From the human T2T-CHM13v2.0 reference genome, Homo sapiens: a stretch of 64,000 nt of DNA. This document shows, in pieces, positions 1 through 13,175 of the stretch. A program made the position numbers and the translations under genes. How positions within the stretch are numbered: the first letter of the stretch is position 1; every line of letters starts with the position of its first letter. The stretch lies in the NCBI RefSeq assembly GCF_009914755.1, contig NC_060928.1, one strand, 5' to 3'. Under the pieces are notes generated by a model. It was given only the letters and a program-made list of their open reading frames with translations. It was not told the origin of the DNA and did not search any database.

Positions 1-369
1 TTGAAACAAAGTAATTTCTGGTGCAAGGCTAATTTTAAAATTTGCAATAAAGATTTCATAATCATAAAAAAGTTTTTTATGTTTATATTTAATATAAACT
101 TATTAGAGTGGTCTATTTTGGTTGAATTCTATATTTTCTGGTTCATAAGTTCACTCAAAGTGAAATTTAATAATCTATTTGGTATAGTAGATTTAGCTGC
201 ATTTGTTATCTAAAAATACCTGATACATTATTAAATTATAAAGTATTATAAAGTATTGTAAACAGCTTAAATAGCAGTCCAAATAAAGTATCTTCAGAAG
301 TTGCTTGTGTTTCACGTGTTATTGTGTCAACTAAATAAGAGACAAGAACCACATGGGTTATTTATTATG

Positions 370-800
370 CCATTTATGCATTAAGCAATTATTTTTTCAT
401 TATATGCTGGGCCTTGGTCTCCATTTGGGACCCAAATGGGACACCAGACAAGGCTCCTAATTTCACAATGCAGTGTAGAAAGGCAAAATAATCAATAAAA
501 CATCAAATATGTGATTTAATGAAAAGAAAGTAGTGTGAAATAATAGAAAGTAACCAGGGGACTTCGGAGAGGAGGTGTTTAGGGAAGGCTTTTAGATGAC
601 ATGCCATTTGAGCTGAGGTTTTACTAATAAATAGGAAACTGTCTTATAGGAGAGCTTCCCAGGTAGAGAGAAAGCTAGAATTAAAGCTCTATATCCCAAA
701 AGGCATGGCGTGACAAATTATCAGAAAACAAGCTGTGCAGTAGAAGCATAGAGACTTGAAGGCAGATGAGGTACCATACATTTGCCCTAGTTTTGTTATC
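370..800 (-). mobile_element. Degraded L2 LINE fragment
   Basis: Resembles the reverse complement of the L2 3' region (e.g. tttagggaaggctttt...catttgagctgagg); highly diverged, boundaries approximate. Confidence 0.45.
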
Positions 801-1158
801 TGAAGTGATATGTTCTCTCTTTGAAATGGCATTTCTTTTAATAGTTGGTTATAAGAAACATTTCCAGTTAATCAGTATCTTTAGGTACCAGAGTAATAGA
901 GTAGTGATTGATGAAGGACAGTTGTTTGGTCCTAAGAGCAATTTAAAGTCTTGCCTACCTTGTGAGAGTCTCTGGATTCTGCCTTGCAAGCAAGAAGAAT
1001 ATGTGAGTGGCTGCAAGGGTCAGAAGAGAGGAAAAACTCTCAGATTTGAAAAAGGAGGACATTTTCATAGGATGTAAGTTAAGCCATATGAATGAATCTA
1101 ACATCATAGTAGGACCTGTACAATGCAGCAGATGCAGCAGACACCAATACCCAATACG

Positions 1159-1209
1159 CTTGTCATGCACAACACTCTTGTCATGCACAACACCCTTGTC
1201 ATGCACAAG
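1159..1209. repeat. 18-bp tandem repeat, ~2.8 copies (CTTGTCATGCACAACAC[T/C])
   Basis: Units start at 1159, 1177 and 1195; read directly. Confidence 0.9.
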
Positions 1210-1544
1210 ACAATCTATATCTGAGAAGTGGCCAGCAGAATACACTCAGGAAAATCCACCTCCTACATTACTAAATGTTGCTTTAATACGTGAACTTATG
1301 CTTGAAAACTGAAATCCCCTTGGGAGAAAGAAATGAGGGGAAAAAAAAGATTCCTGAACTAGATAAGTATTCGCCTGGGTAAGTATTCAATTGGGAATTG
1401 ATTTGCCTTAAGTCAGCAAGACATGTTCCAATCATAAGTTGATACTGGGGGAAGTAGAACTAAGCTAAGTTAAATTGTAGGAAGCTAAGGTTGCATACTT
1501 ATACATCCAAAATTATAGCTATTAAAACATTTAACTTTTTCTCT

Positions 1545-2160
<616 letters not shown>

Positions 2161-2176
2161 ATTGCAAGCAACCAAG

Positions 2177-2960
2177 TGATGTCAGCAAGGTGGCAGACTA
2201 GGAAGTCTCAGCCTCCACTCCCCTCTACAGAAAGTTCAACTAGCAACTAGCAACAGAATAGAGCATGCTTCTGAAAATCTCAACACTTGGAAACAAGCCT
2301 GAGATACTCATGTGGTGCACAGAACTGAATGAAGTCTGAATTAGTAAGGTAAGAATGGTTTCACTACAACTGCACCTCTACCCCCACCAAGCCAGCACAA
2401 TGTCCGATAGAGGGGATTTTCCTGGGCCCATAGTTTCTACATGAGGAAAGAAGAATTGAGAAAGTCATCCAGCTTCCCTAGCATTCTGAGACTCTTGCCA
2501 GGAGTCCCACTCTAGTTTTACCTCACATGGGGAACACTGGAGGAAATGGCATAGATAGACCACCCCTCCTAGCCATGTACAAACAAAAGAAGGCAGAGGT
2601 CATAGTGACCAGCATGCAGATCTTGGTGGTAGCTCTGTGGCTCTGTGTTTCTGCCATCTGCAGCCCAGAATCAGAGACATCACCCTACCTCATAGCCCAC
2701 AGCAAAACTGAGTGGTGGCCTTCAAAAGCACAATGGGAAGTGCAACCTAGCTTGAGTCCCCACATTGCTAGTCTTCCTGCCCAGCCTCAGAACCCACCCT
2801 AATGACCTTGCCCAGGTAGGAAGACTAACACCTCCGCACATTTCAAAGAAGCAGAGGGGTTACGCCTCTTGACCCAGGAGGTCAAGCAGCCACTTAACTC
2901 AACTAAAAGCCCACCCCACAGCTCCACCCTGACAATAAGGCAATGCGTAATTGCACATTC
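2177..2960 (+). mobile_element. Probable 5' UTR fragment of an ancient L1 (L1M-type)
   Basis: Starts gatgtcagcaaggtggcagactaggaag, like the L1 'caagatggcggaatagg' 5' end; GC-richer than the flanks. Confidence 0.4.
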
Positions 2961-4489
2961 TTATTCTTTCATCCTTCATATTATTATTTACAATGCAAAT
3001 TATAAGACACAATTAATTAGATTGAAAATATAGATAATTGAATATTTCAGTAAAATATCCTTATTTATCTCACAGAATGACCCATAATAAAGGCAGATGA
3101 TGTGTCCTCACCTTTTGTAACCAAACCAGATACCTAAAAATAAGTTAATTGACACTAAAGAGCATATTTAAATGATAAAATAATTCATCTATAAGTATAA
3201 AATTTAAATATTTTTTAGATATGTTGCTAATGGCTTTTTAAATCATTTTTATTTTTTCTATTAAAATTTTGCCAGATTGAATGAAAACAGAATCTACTGT
3301 ATTTTCACTTACATCAGCATTACTTAAACATCCTATAAATAGAAGCAAGTTTTTTATTGTTTAAATTCTGCATAAAATGCAAGACTGCTATATTATTTTC
3401 AGAAAGATTGAAAAAATCTCAAAGAATAAGCCGAATCCCTTATAATTGCTACCAAATTCCCAGTTCGAATGTAGAGAATATTTTTGAGTCTAATTTTTAT
3501 CTGACTTTCTACGGTAACGTTACCATGGCCATATTAATTCATTCAAATTGACAGAGTCTATACTCAAAGATATAATATAATGCAATAGAAAATAGTAATG
3601 TAGCCAAAATTTCAATATTTTAGAGTCAAAGAAACATGCTTTCATAGCTACCTAGTGGAATGATTAGAGATATTTTCCAATTTCTCTGAGGCTGAGTTTA
3701 CTTTTTCAATTGGAAATAAAATAGTGTTTGTATTTTCTTATTTTTGGTAAGAAATACATACAATATTCCTGTCATATAGTTGGTACACAAAAAAATGACA
3801 GTTGGTATCATTAAATATAAACATCACTGATTAGGAAAACAAGATGTCAGTTCATGATGAGTTGAGAAGACCTAACATAATTTTCTAACCCTAATTAGAG
3901 AATAAACATTGAACACGCAAAACACCAAAAAATTATATTTAATGATACTCTTCCTTATTGCTTTATTTTTTCTTCTCTAGTATCTATTCACTAGTATCTT
4001 ATTCTGTAATTACATAATTCTGAAAAGTTAAGCTTCTACATATTGGTACTACATAGCTGCTTGATGAAGAAGGAAAATGTCAGCTCTTCTGTCACTCAAA
4101 AAACACAACATATAGAAGCTAACCAAATCTTTTTTAGCTCCATTGAGATAAAAACAAAACAAAACAAAACAAAAACACTGGTATATTAAGCAGTTCATCA
4201 CTAGGAGAAAGAATTTGAGCACTATTCCTATTTCTAACTCAAGTGATGTGCATGATTCTGGAAAAAAACACCTCATTCATCAGGTACAACATGTAAAAAT
4301 GTATGTAAAAATAAATGTGTTGGTTGACGTAGTCTTTCTTATTAACTTTAAACATTTTTCACACCAAATGAAAGGATTTTAAGCAACATCATATACAATT
4401 TAGGTTGGATGAGAATTTCCTTATTGTAGCAGCAATCAAACATTAGAATGACATATAAAATATACTTTGACTGTCTCTCACAGCAGATT

Positions 4490-4552
4490 AGCAGTTAATT
4501 ACATAAGCAGTTAATTACATAATCTAAATCGGCAGCAGTTAATTACATAAGC
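4490..4552. repeat. Three copies of AGCAGTTAATTACATA
   Basis: Copies at 4490, 4506 and 4534; read directly. Confidence 0.9.
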
Positions 4553-5127
4553 TTATGTTAAATAATTTTCCAAAATTATGTCTACCTATAGCATTACAAA
4601 TGTTCAATAATTTTTAAAAATAAATTACGTATGCTCATTTATAGGCACTTTAGTTACTTAGACTACAAATAGTAATAAAAATTAGCTTCTAAGAGAACTA
4701 TTCATTTCTTCTTCTTCCCATTGTAAAGGATGTAAAACAACACCTATAAGAACAGTTACTTAACAAGAACCGATTTTAAGTTGTTTGTTTGTTTGTTTTC
4801 TAAACACTGACAGCTGTCATTGGGAATAGGAAAGGTACTAAAATCATATGGCTGACACATGTTTGAGACAAAAGCCTAGATATCACCAATTTTAGATATT
4901 CTTTTTAATATACAGTTAGATTTGCAACAGTAACTTAGTGTTTGTCTTCAGTGCATTCTGTATTTAGCAATGCTTATATAAATACAGTGTTCAATCCTTT
5001 TTTTTTTCCAACTAAGGTGTGCACATATGATAAGAAACTAATTTTTCTATATGCCTCTGCCCTCAGTTGCTGAGGGCTACTCATGATTGACTATAATCAA
5101 ATGTAAGCCTGTCACAAATTAAACACA

Positions 5128-5193
5128 TAGTATTGTAGTATTTAAAAACGTAGTATTGTAATATTTAAACATGTAGTATTGTAGTATTGTAGT
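5128..5193. repeat. ~23-bp degenerate tandem repeat (GTAGTATTGTAGTATTTAAA..)
   Basis: About three visible copies. Confidence 0.7.
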
Positions 5194-5707
5194 CAGCCTT
5201 AACAGAAAGCTTCATGCACGAAAGCAGGCTTTTATGTATTTATTTGCTTTAATAAAACTTTGAAACTACAGATCTTTCTACTCTTGTAGTCAATATATAC
5301 AAGACTTCATAAGGATTATTTTCACAACCATAAAGAAGTAGAGCAGTAGAATTGATGGCTTTATAATGTTCAGCTAAATCTCGCTTTTTTTCTAATAAGA
5401 AAAACACTCCATTACCCTGTCAGCTAGGTTGCATGTCAAACACAAGTCAATTTAGTAATTATATTTTTTAAAATAAACTATTAAATCATCAAATGTGTAG
5501 AGTAGTTCATATAGCAAAAGCATTATGCTAGGAACTCTGAACAGCATAAACTAGAATTGTACACCAAGTGACTGTATCTTTCGAAATTAAAAATGATAAA
5601 TATAGTTTTAAAACAAAAACATTGGAGAGTTAAACAGCAGCTGATTCATAGTAATGGAAATATTGAAGGAGTTCTTCAACAAAGAAAATTATTCCAGATT
5701 TATCCAT

Positions 5708-5861
5708 AGAAGGAAAGGAAGGAGAGAAGAGAAGAGAAGAGAAGAGAAGAGAAGAGAAGAGAAGAGAAGAGAAGAGAAGAGAAGGAAGGAAGGAAGGAAG
5801 GAAGGAAAGAAGGAAGGAAGGAGGGAGGGAGGGGGGAGGGAAAGAAGGAAGGAAGGAAGGG
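5708..5861. repeat. Compound polypurine microsatellite (GAAGA)n-(GGAA)n-(GGGA)n
   Basis: Read directly; explains the low-complexity ORFs at 5630-5909. Confidence 0.95.
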
Positions 5862-6036
5862 CAATAAAAGGTTGAATATGTGATTAAATCCAATATGGGG
5901 GTAAATCAATGGTTAGACCTATTTGCTAATAAATTAATAATAATAATGACTTCTAGAGTTTTAATATATTTTAGAATTAAATTACATAGCCACGATAACT
6001 GAAAAAGACAGGAATGAGGATAATTAATGTTTCCAA

Positions 6037-6203
6037 AGTAATGCTTTTCAATTTTAATGTACATAAAATACACCTAGAATTCTTATAAAACTCCAGGATC
6101 TGATATAGTAAGTCTAGGGTGAGGCCCTGAGCATTCTGCACTTTTAGCAAGCACCCAGGTGATACCAATACTATTTGTCTGTGGATAAACTTTGAGGCAC
6201 ATG
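6037..6203. mobile_element. MER5-family hAT MITE
   Basis: gtaagtctagggtgaggccctgagcattctgcacttttagcaagcacccaggtgat is typical of MER5. Confidence 0.7.
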
Positions 6204-6249
6204 GGTCTGTTTTATCATCATCTGGAATATAGTTAATATATTATTGAAT

Positions 6250-8075
6250 ACAGTAATTTAAGTAAGTTAACATTGCCTATTGTAATCCCCAAGATACTCT
6301 CAAAATAGTAGTTATAGAATGTATAAATAACGAAGTAATAAAAGGGAAAATATTTAACAGAAATCCTAATTAACTCTAAATAAGGTCAAAAAAGGAGAGA
6401 AAATTGAGTATGGAACAAGTGACACAAGCAATAAGAAACAGTAAGATTGTAGCTTTAAACCCAAACACATGTAAGTGGACGAAACAAAGACAAAGATTTT
6501 TAGGCTGGATTTTAAAACAATGCCCTGTTATATTCTTTTAAGAGACATCTCTTAATTATAATACATTTTGCAAACTGTAAGCCTAAGGAAAAATATATAA
6601 AATAAACAACTAATAGAAAGAAAATTAACTTTAAAGCAAGGGTCATTAGTAACAATAAATGATATAGGAGCCAGTCCACTAGGGAGATACATAAATTTTA
6701 ACATCGAAAATCATATTCTAAATATAAGTAAGTTAAGAATTAAGAGAGCTAAAAGGGCACATATGTAAATGTACAACTTGTTGTGGGCTAATATATCCTT
6801 TTCAATAACTGAGTAAACGAGAGATAGATGTAGAATATTTGAAAAAGTTTATGTGACTTCACCTAATTGACTTATATGAATGCTTTACTCACAAATTTCA
6901 GGATGAAAATTATTTTCTTGTGTTTTGGAACATTTGTATACATTGGCACATTGCATGTTCAAATAGCAAACGTTAGCAAACTTCAAGATCATGCAGAAAA
7001 CAATAAAATTAAGCAAGAAAAAGGTAAGATAATAAAAAAATCTCTAAATATTTGGGAAATAAACAATATAGTTCTAACCCACGCATCAAGGAGAACTTCC
7101 AGTGGAAATTTCTTAAAAGTATCAGAACAATCAAAAGTTGCGGGATCTAGCTGAACCTATGATTAAAAAGAAACTTGTACCTTTAAAAACGTATATTAGA
7201 AAATAGTTAAAACCATAAAACAATAAGGTAAGAAATATCTAATAGAAAAAATGCCTAAAGTTAGGAAACAATAAAATTGTAAAGACCCTACTAAGAAGCA
7301 CCAAGAGAAAAAAAGAAAAATATATTTCATATTATGAATGTAAAAAGGATAGCACCAGAGATTCTACAAGATACTAAATTTAATGAGAGAATTTAAGTAA
7401 ATTTCTGCCAATAAGTTTGAAACTTTAACTGAAAAGAAAAACATTTCTTTAAAAAGTACAGAAATTACCAAAACTAACAAAGGAATAAATTTTAAAAATA
7501 TGTTAGACCTTTATTTATTAATGAATTTAACAATTCAATTTCTTTTCACCAAGTAAACACCATGGCCAGAGGGTTCCACTAGTAAATCCTTACATTTAAT
7601 AAAGTAAAAACCTAAACGCAGAGAATAGGAAAGTAAGAATTACTTCTACTCCCTGAGAATAAGTAAAAGAGAATCTATTTTCCAGCTTGTTTCAAAAAGC
7701 CACATAACAGTGATCTCAAATGAAGCGATATTACAAGAAAAAATATTATATGCCAATCTTTGTCATGAATGTTAAAATTATAAATGAGTTTTTAGCAACT
7801 AAATCCATCAATATTTTTTAAAGTAAGATAATCAATTTAAATCAAATTGTATTTGTTCAAGGAATGCAAGCTCGTTTAACTAGGCAAGAATGTTCATTTG
7901 TATCACTTTCACTCAACCTTGCATTGGAGGGCAAGAGAAAGAAATGTAAGTCAGGAAAACTGAAAAATAAAAAGTAACACTGTCTTTCTTCATAAATGAC
8001 ATGATTGTGTACATTAAAAATTTAAAGATGTCTTAAAAATACTATTGAACTGCAGCAAATTCTCAGGATTCAAAC
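6250..8075 (+). mobile_element. Ancient L1 (L1ME/L1MC-like) ORF2 remnants
   Basis: A-rich strand with decayed ORF2 motifs (aagagacatct, ggccagagggttccactagtaaa, ggaatgcaagctcgtttaac, aaatgacatgattgtgtaca, agcaaattctcaggattcaaa). Confidence 0.7.
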
Positions 8076-9856
8076 TTAATTGATGAATAAGAAAAGGAAA
8101 TGGTATATGCTGAATGAAGTACATTTAATTAATATTTATTTCTAAATTATTAGTAGAAGAAATGGAAAAATGGCACTGATCAAATATTGCAGAACTGTTA
8201 ATATTGAAGCCAAATGATTACGGCAATGTTGAGATCGTTTTGTGAATATAAGTGCCTGGTAGATTTAAACATATTTGCTATTCATAATTTCTTCCAAAAC
8301 TCATAATTTCTTTTCATAATTTATTCATAATTTCTTTTCATACTTTTGTCATCTAACTTCATATTCCTTTATTCTTTCTCCATTAGACTAATTCTGCCTA
8401 AGGGTATATTCAAGTTAGCTATATATTTTCACAAAAGATTTGACATACATTATACTGCCTCAAATGTAAGTAAACTTTAAAAAAAAAAGTGGAAATGTTG
8501 CAAATAGAACTATAAGCCTAAGAAAATATGAGTGTAATGGGATTTTCTTATATTATATCATCACCTGTAATATCCAGAAATATACTCTATCAAATATTAT
8601 ATGTATTTGATCAATACTTGGAAAATAACAAATGCCTTTTAAATGATAGCCTTTTTGTCATAATCCAGGCTGATTCTCAAATCTAGGAAATTCAGTGCTT
8701 GTCTAGTCTTGTGAGGAATCTTTCATGAGAAGACATTACTAAGGCCAGTTGGTAATGTTATTTTTCATGAACTATTTATTAAATTTACATATAACATTTC
8801 AAAGCACAGGACAATCTCTGCCAGTTTTATTAATCTGTAAGTGCCAAACCACTTGGGCACATTAGTTTTGTGTCATTTTATTTATTTTCTGGAGATTCTA
8901 AAGATACTGTTCTCTGAAGCCACTCCCTATGGCATGACATTCAATGTTCCCCAACAGTGTGAAAATGTTCTGTGTGCTGCAAAGTGTTTTATACCACATC
9001 CTAAATATTCACGCTCAAAATTCTATTTTTCTAGAAAGTTCTCTGAAATAGTTATGCCAGGAATAAGAGTATGGGGAAAAACTTCCTTCATGGTTTGTAA
9101 AAATTCTGCCAATTTTTTTTTTAATTAAATAATCTCCTCCCCTCCACTAAGAGACTTGGGCATTCCAAAAAGAAAAATAGTCACATAATTCCATATTTGT
9201 TCAATGCCCTCATATCAACATTGGTCAAATGGCTGAATTTCCTCCTTACTTTCAAGTTGCCATATATACTACCTCAACAGCAGTGGCCCAAAGATGTGAC
9301 TGTTCCAGTGTACCCACCAAATACCTATACCTCTATACTATGTTGTTGAAAATCCTTGTCATTCATCTGCAAGTGTGCCTTTGATCTCTACCCCTAATTC
9401 GTTTTTCTCCCCAGGGAATTGGTTAGTGAGCTGCACTAATAAATCCTGGCTATGGGTTACGAAGGGGAATGTGAGTCTTGGTATTCTTTTTAGGTTATAC
9501 TCTTAACCGGATCTCTGGTTTTTGGATATCACCACTGACCTCCAACCAGTGGTTAAGTATTATGGTTCTAAATCTTCCCATCATAGATGATTGGGATAAA
9601 CTTGATTAGCGTTATAATTAATACACGAGCTGCAATTCTAGGGCCAGCATTCATTTAGTTAAGCAGGTGGTTCTGTTCATTATGCCAACTCTCCCTATTC
9701 TATCTTGAATCACATGCACTGCTCTTAATTTAATGGCACCTGAAAAATTCTCCTAAATTCTCAACTTACCAAATAGTTGGCCCCTGGTCCCTGAGCATGC
9801 TGAAATGACACCATCATTAATCCATACTTTTGGAGTGGACAGAAAAATAATCCTAA

Positions 9857-10201
<345 letters not shown>

Positions 10202-10586
10202 AGAACTGTCAATTTTAATCACACATTTAAGGCTTTGGAAAGTAACATCCTATTTTGAATTTGAGAAAGCGATTCAAATAACACTTTTAAAATGTGTATA
10301 TTTTTTTCACATATGTTTGGTAGCTTTAACATTTATGTTGATGCTATATTACTTATATTTTCTTTTTGCATCATGACTTCTAAATATAAACTCCAGCAGA
10401 AGGTACTGACTTGCAGATCTGCTTATGTTACCACATTTCTTATTTCATTAACTCTAACCTCTTCAACCTGACATTCAGTGCCCACTTTCATTTGACATTG
10501 TCTTAGTCTTTCAGTTTTGCAAAGTGCTTAAGTCAAGGAACTAAAAGATTTGAGTTTAAGTATAGATCTTCTCTTAGTAAGCTGAG

Positions 10587-10934
10587 ATTGCTATAACGAT
10601 TTCCATAAACTAGGTGAATTGAACAGCAAACATTCATTTCTCAAAGTTCTGGAGGCTGGAAGTCCGTGTTCAGGGTGCATGCTTAGGTTCTGGTGAATAC
10701 CCTTTTCCAGAAAATAGACTTCTCTTTGTATCCCCAAAGAGAAGATGGTAGATGAAGAACTAACGAGCTCTCTGGACCCTCTTATTAGGGAATTAGTTCC
10801 ATCCCTGAAGGATCTACCCTTATGACCTAATTACCTGCCAAAGGCCCCACCTCCTAATACCAACGTATTGGGAGTAAGGATTTCAACACATGAATTTGTA
10901 GCGTGGGCGGGACACAAACATTCAGTCCATAACA
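10587..10934 (-). mobile_element. MaLR solo LTR (MLT1A-like)
   Basis: gttctggaggctggaagtcc...ggacacaaacattcagtccataaca (reverse complement of the MLT1A 5' end). Confidence 0.8.
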
Positions 10935-11964
10935 TATCTTCTATTTTACTATCTCTGAGACAAATTACATACAAGTAAATGAAATTATTCAATAATAGAA
11001 TTGTTCATATTAAATAACTTCAGAATACTCCTACTTTCTTTGTGCTTGCTTATTCATTCCAAACACAGATTTTACTTTCAGTTCATTTCCATGCTACCCT
11101 TATGCCACTCTCCATTCTTGCTTTCCCTCATATCTCCCTCAATCTAACTTTTACACGATGTGCATGTGCAAATAATCTATGAATTTCTAAAGTCAATCAA
11201 CAGTAATATTTCCCTTGAGTTTCTAAAACAATTATTTGAACAATATTTTATATTATCTACTAATATTTCTTGGAGTTAATATAAAAGTAATTGAAACTCC
11301 TGATGCAAGTAATACAGAGGTAGTCAGGAGGGGTACTTCTAATTTTATGAGCACTCAAATTTTGCTTTAAATAAAAAGTTCCCCAAGAGTGAGGACTTAT
11401 TATTGCATCTTTTTAGAGCCCATGACAGAGCAGAGCACTTACGAAATACTTAATAGGCATTGTAAGTGAATAATTAGTTACAATGGATAACTTAATAATT
11501 GGCACACAGAAATTTTTAAGCAATAAGGTAATGTGAGTCTTATGAATATATTTGTTAACTATGTTCCATGTTCTTTCTGTACCTTTGGTTCCCATAATTT
11601 AAAAAGTTTATGCTTTACTATTTGTAGTGTATAAACACAACTTATATGTCTATATGAAGAAATTATATCAAGGAGACATTTATAAATTACAGTTGTGATC
11701 TGGAAGCAAGGTCACAAAAATATAGCTTCACTACCATTCAACTGTGTATAATTTCCTTATTTTGTTTACAATGCACCTGGACATCCATCAAAGCATGTAT
11801 CTAGTACTAAGGTGGAAAAACTCACCTGAATGTTTACTTTGGCTTAAAGTTAAATCAATGCGATAATTTTAAAAGTCCCACTCATTCTTTCTTAAATGAA
11901 AGGGTATTGATACCCTTTACAATTCACCCTTACATCTGTTTCTTCTCCCAATGGCCTCTGAGAG

Positions 11965-12789
11965 TGCTATGGTCTGAATATGTCTCCCTAAAATTCATAT
12001 GTTGAAATGTATTCACCAATGTGATATTGTTAAGAGATGGGGCTTTTAGGAGGTGATTAAGTCATGAGGGCAGTGCCCTCATGTATTAGTCAGGGTTCCC
12101 TACAGGGACAGAACTAATAGGATAGATGTATATTTAAAGCGTAGTTTATTAAGGAGTATTGATTCATATGATCACAAGATGAGGCCCCACAATAGGCCAT
12201 CTGCAAGCTGAGGAGCAAGAACACCTGTCTGAGTCTCAAAGCGGAAGAAACTGGAGTCCAGTGTTCAAGGGCAGGAAGCATCCAGCATGGGACAGAGATG
12301 TAGCCCAGCAGACTAAACCAGCCTAGTCTCTCCACATTCTTCTGCCTGCTTTTATTCTGGCCACACTGGCAATTGATTAGATTGTGCCTGCCCAGATTGA
12401 GAGTGGGTCTGCCTTTCCCAGTCCACTGACTCAAATGTTAATCTTCTTTGGCAACACCCTCACAGACTCACCCAGGAACAGTACTTTGTATCCTTCAATC
12501 CAATCAAGTTGACACTCAGTATTACCATTACACCTCATTAGTGGTATTAATTACCATATAAAACAGGTGCAAGAGAAGTATTCACCCCCTTTTTCCCTTT
12601 TGCCATGTGAAGCTGCAGCAACAAGGCACCACCTTTGAAGAAGAGATTGAGTCCTCACCAAATACCAAACCTTCCAGTGCTTAGACCTTAGCCTTCCCAG
12701 CCTACAGAACTGTGAGAAATAAATTTCTATGGTTTATAAATTACCTAGTCTAAGGCATTCTGTTATAGCAGCATTATGGGACTCAGACA
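11965..12789 (+). mobile_element. MaLR solo LTR (MLT1A0-like), split by an MLT2 insertion
   Basis: tgctatggtctgaatatgtctccc...ccctca, resuming at 12533 and ending ...gttatagcagc...agaca. Confidence 0.8.
12082..12532 (-). mobile_element. HERV-L solo LTR (MLT2A-like)
   Basis: TG...CA termini; caatccaatcaagttgacactcagtatt matches the MLT2A end; perfect 5-bp TSD CCTCA at 12077-12081 and 12533-12537. Confidence 0.9.
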
Positions 12790-13098
12790 AGGACTCTGGG
12801 GTGACAGATACTGGGCTATGCATCTTTATGAGTTAGAATAAAGGAGACTTTATGCTGGACTTTGGTGACGTGCTGCTTGCATCAGCCAGTTTGCTTGACA
12901 ATATCACTTGTCCATTTTTCATTGATTTTTCTGCCATTTTCTAATGTGGAAATCTAAAAACAATATATTTGTAGTCTCTTTTAATTTTATGTATTTACTT
13001 TTTATTCAGTAAATGCTCCCTTCCAGACTTGATGTTCTCCTCCAGAACTGAACTAACTGGTTTCAGATATCAAAATCTGTAACTGTTTTTTTCTACCC

Positions 13099-13175
13099 AT
13101 CCCAGTGGTCCAGAGGTACCCCAGCCTCCACTGCAGGGTCACCCCAGTCTGTCCACATGACACCACCACAGGCCT
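13099..13175 (+). repeat. Copy 1 of a 77-bp dispersed direct duplication
   Basis: 71/77 identical to 16365-16441 by manual alignment. Confidence 0.9.

Noticed and set aside
766-1312. Overlapping ~100-aa ORFs with repeated VHDK/LSCTT motifs
   Set aside because: The motifs are translations of the 18-bp tandem repeat; there is no other coding signal.
5630-5909. ORFs rich in REEKR or SLLFS
   Set aside because: These are microsatellite translations.
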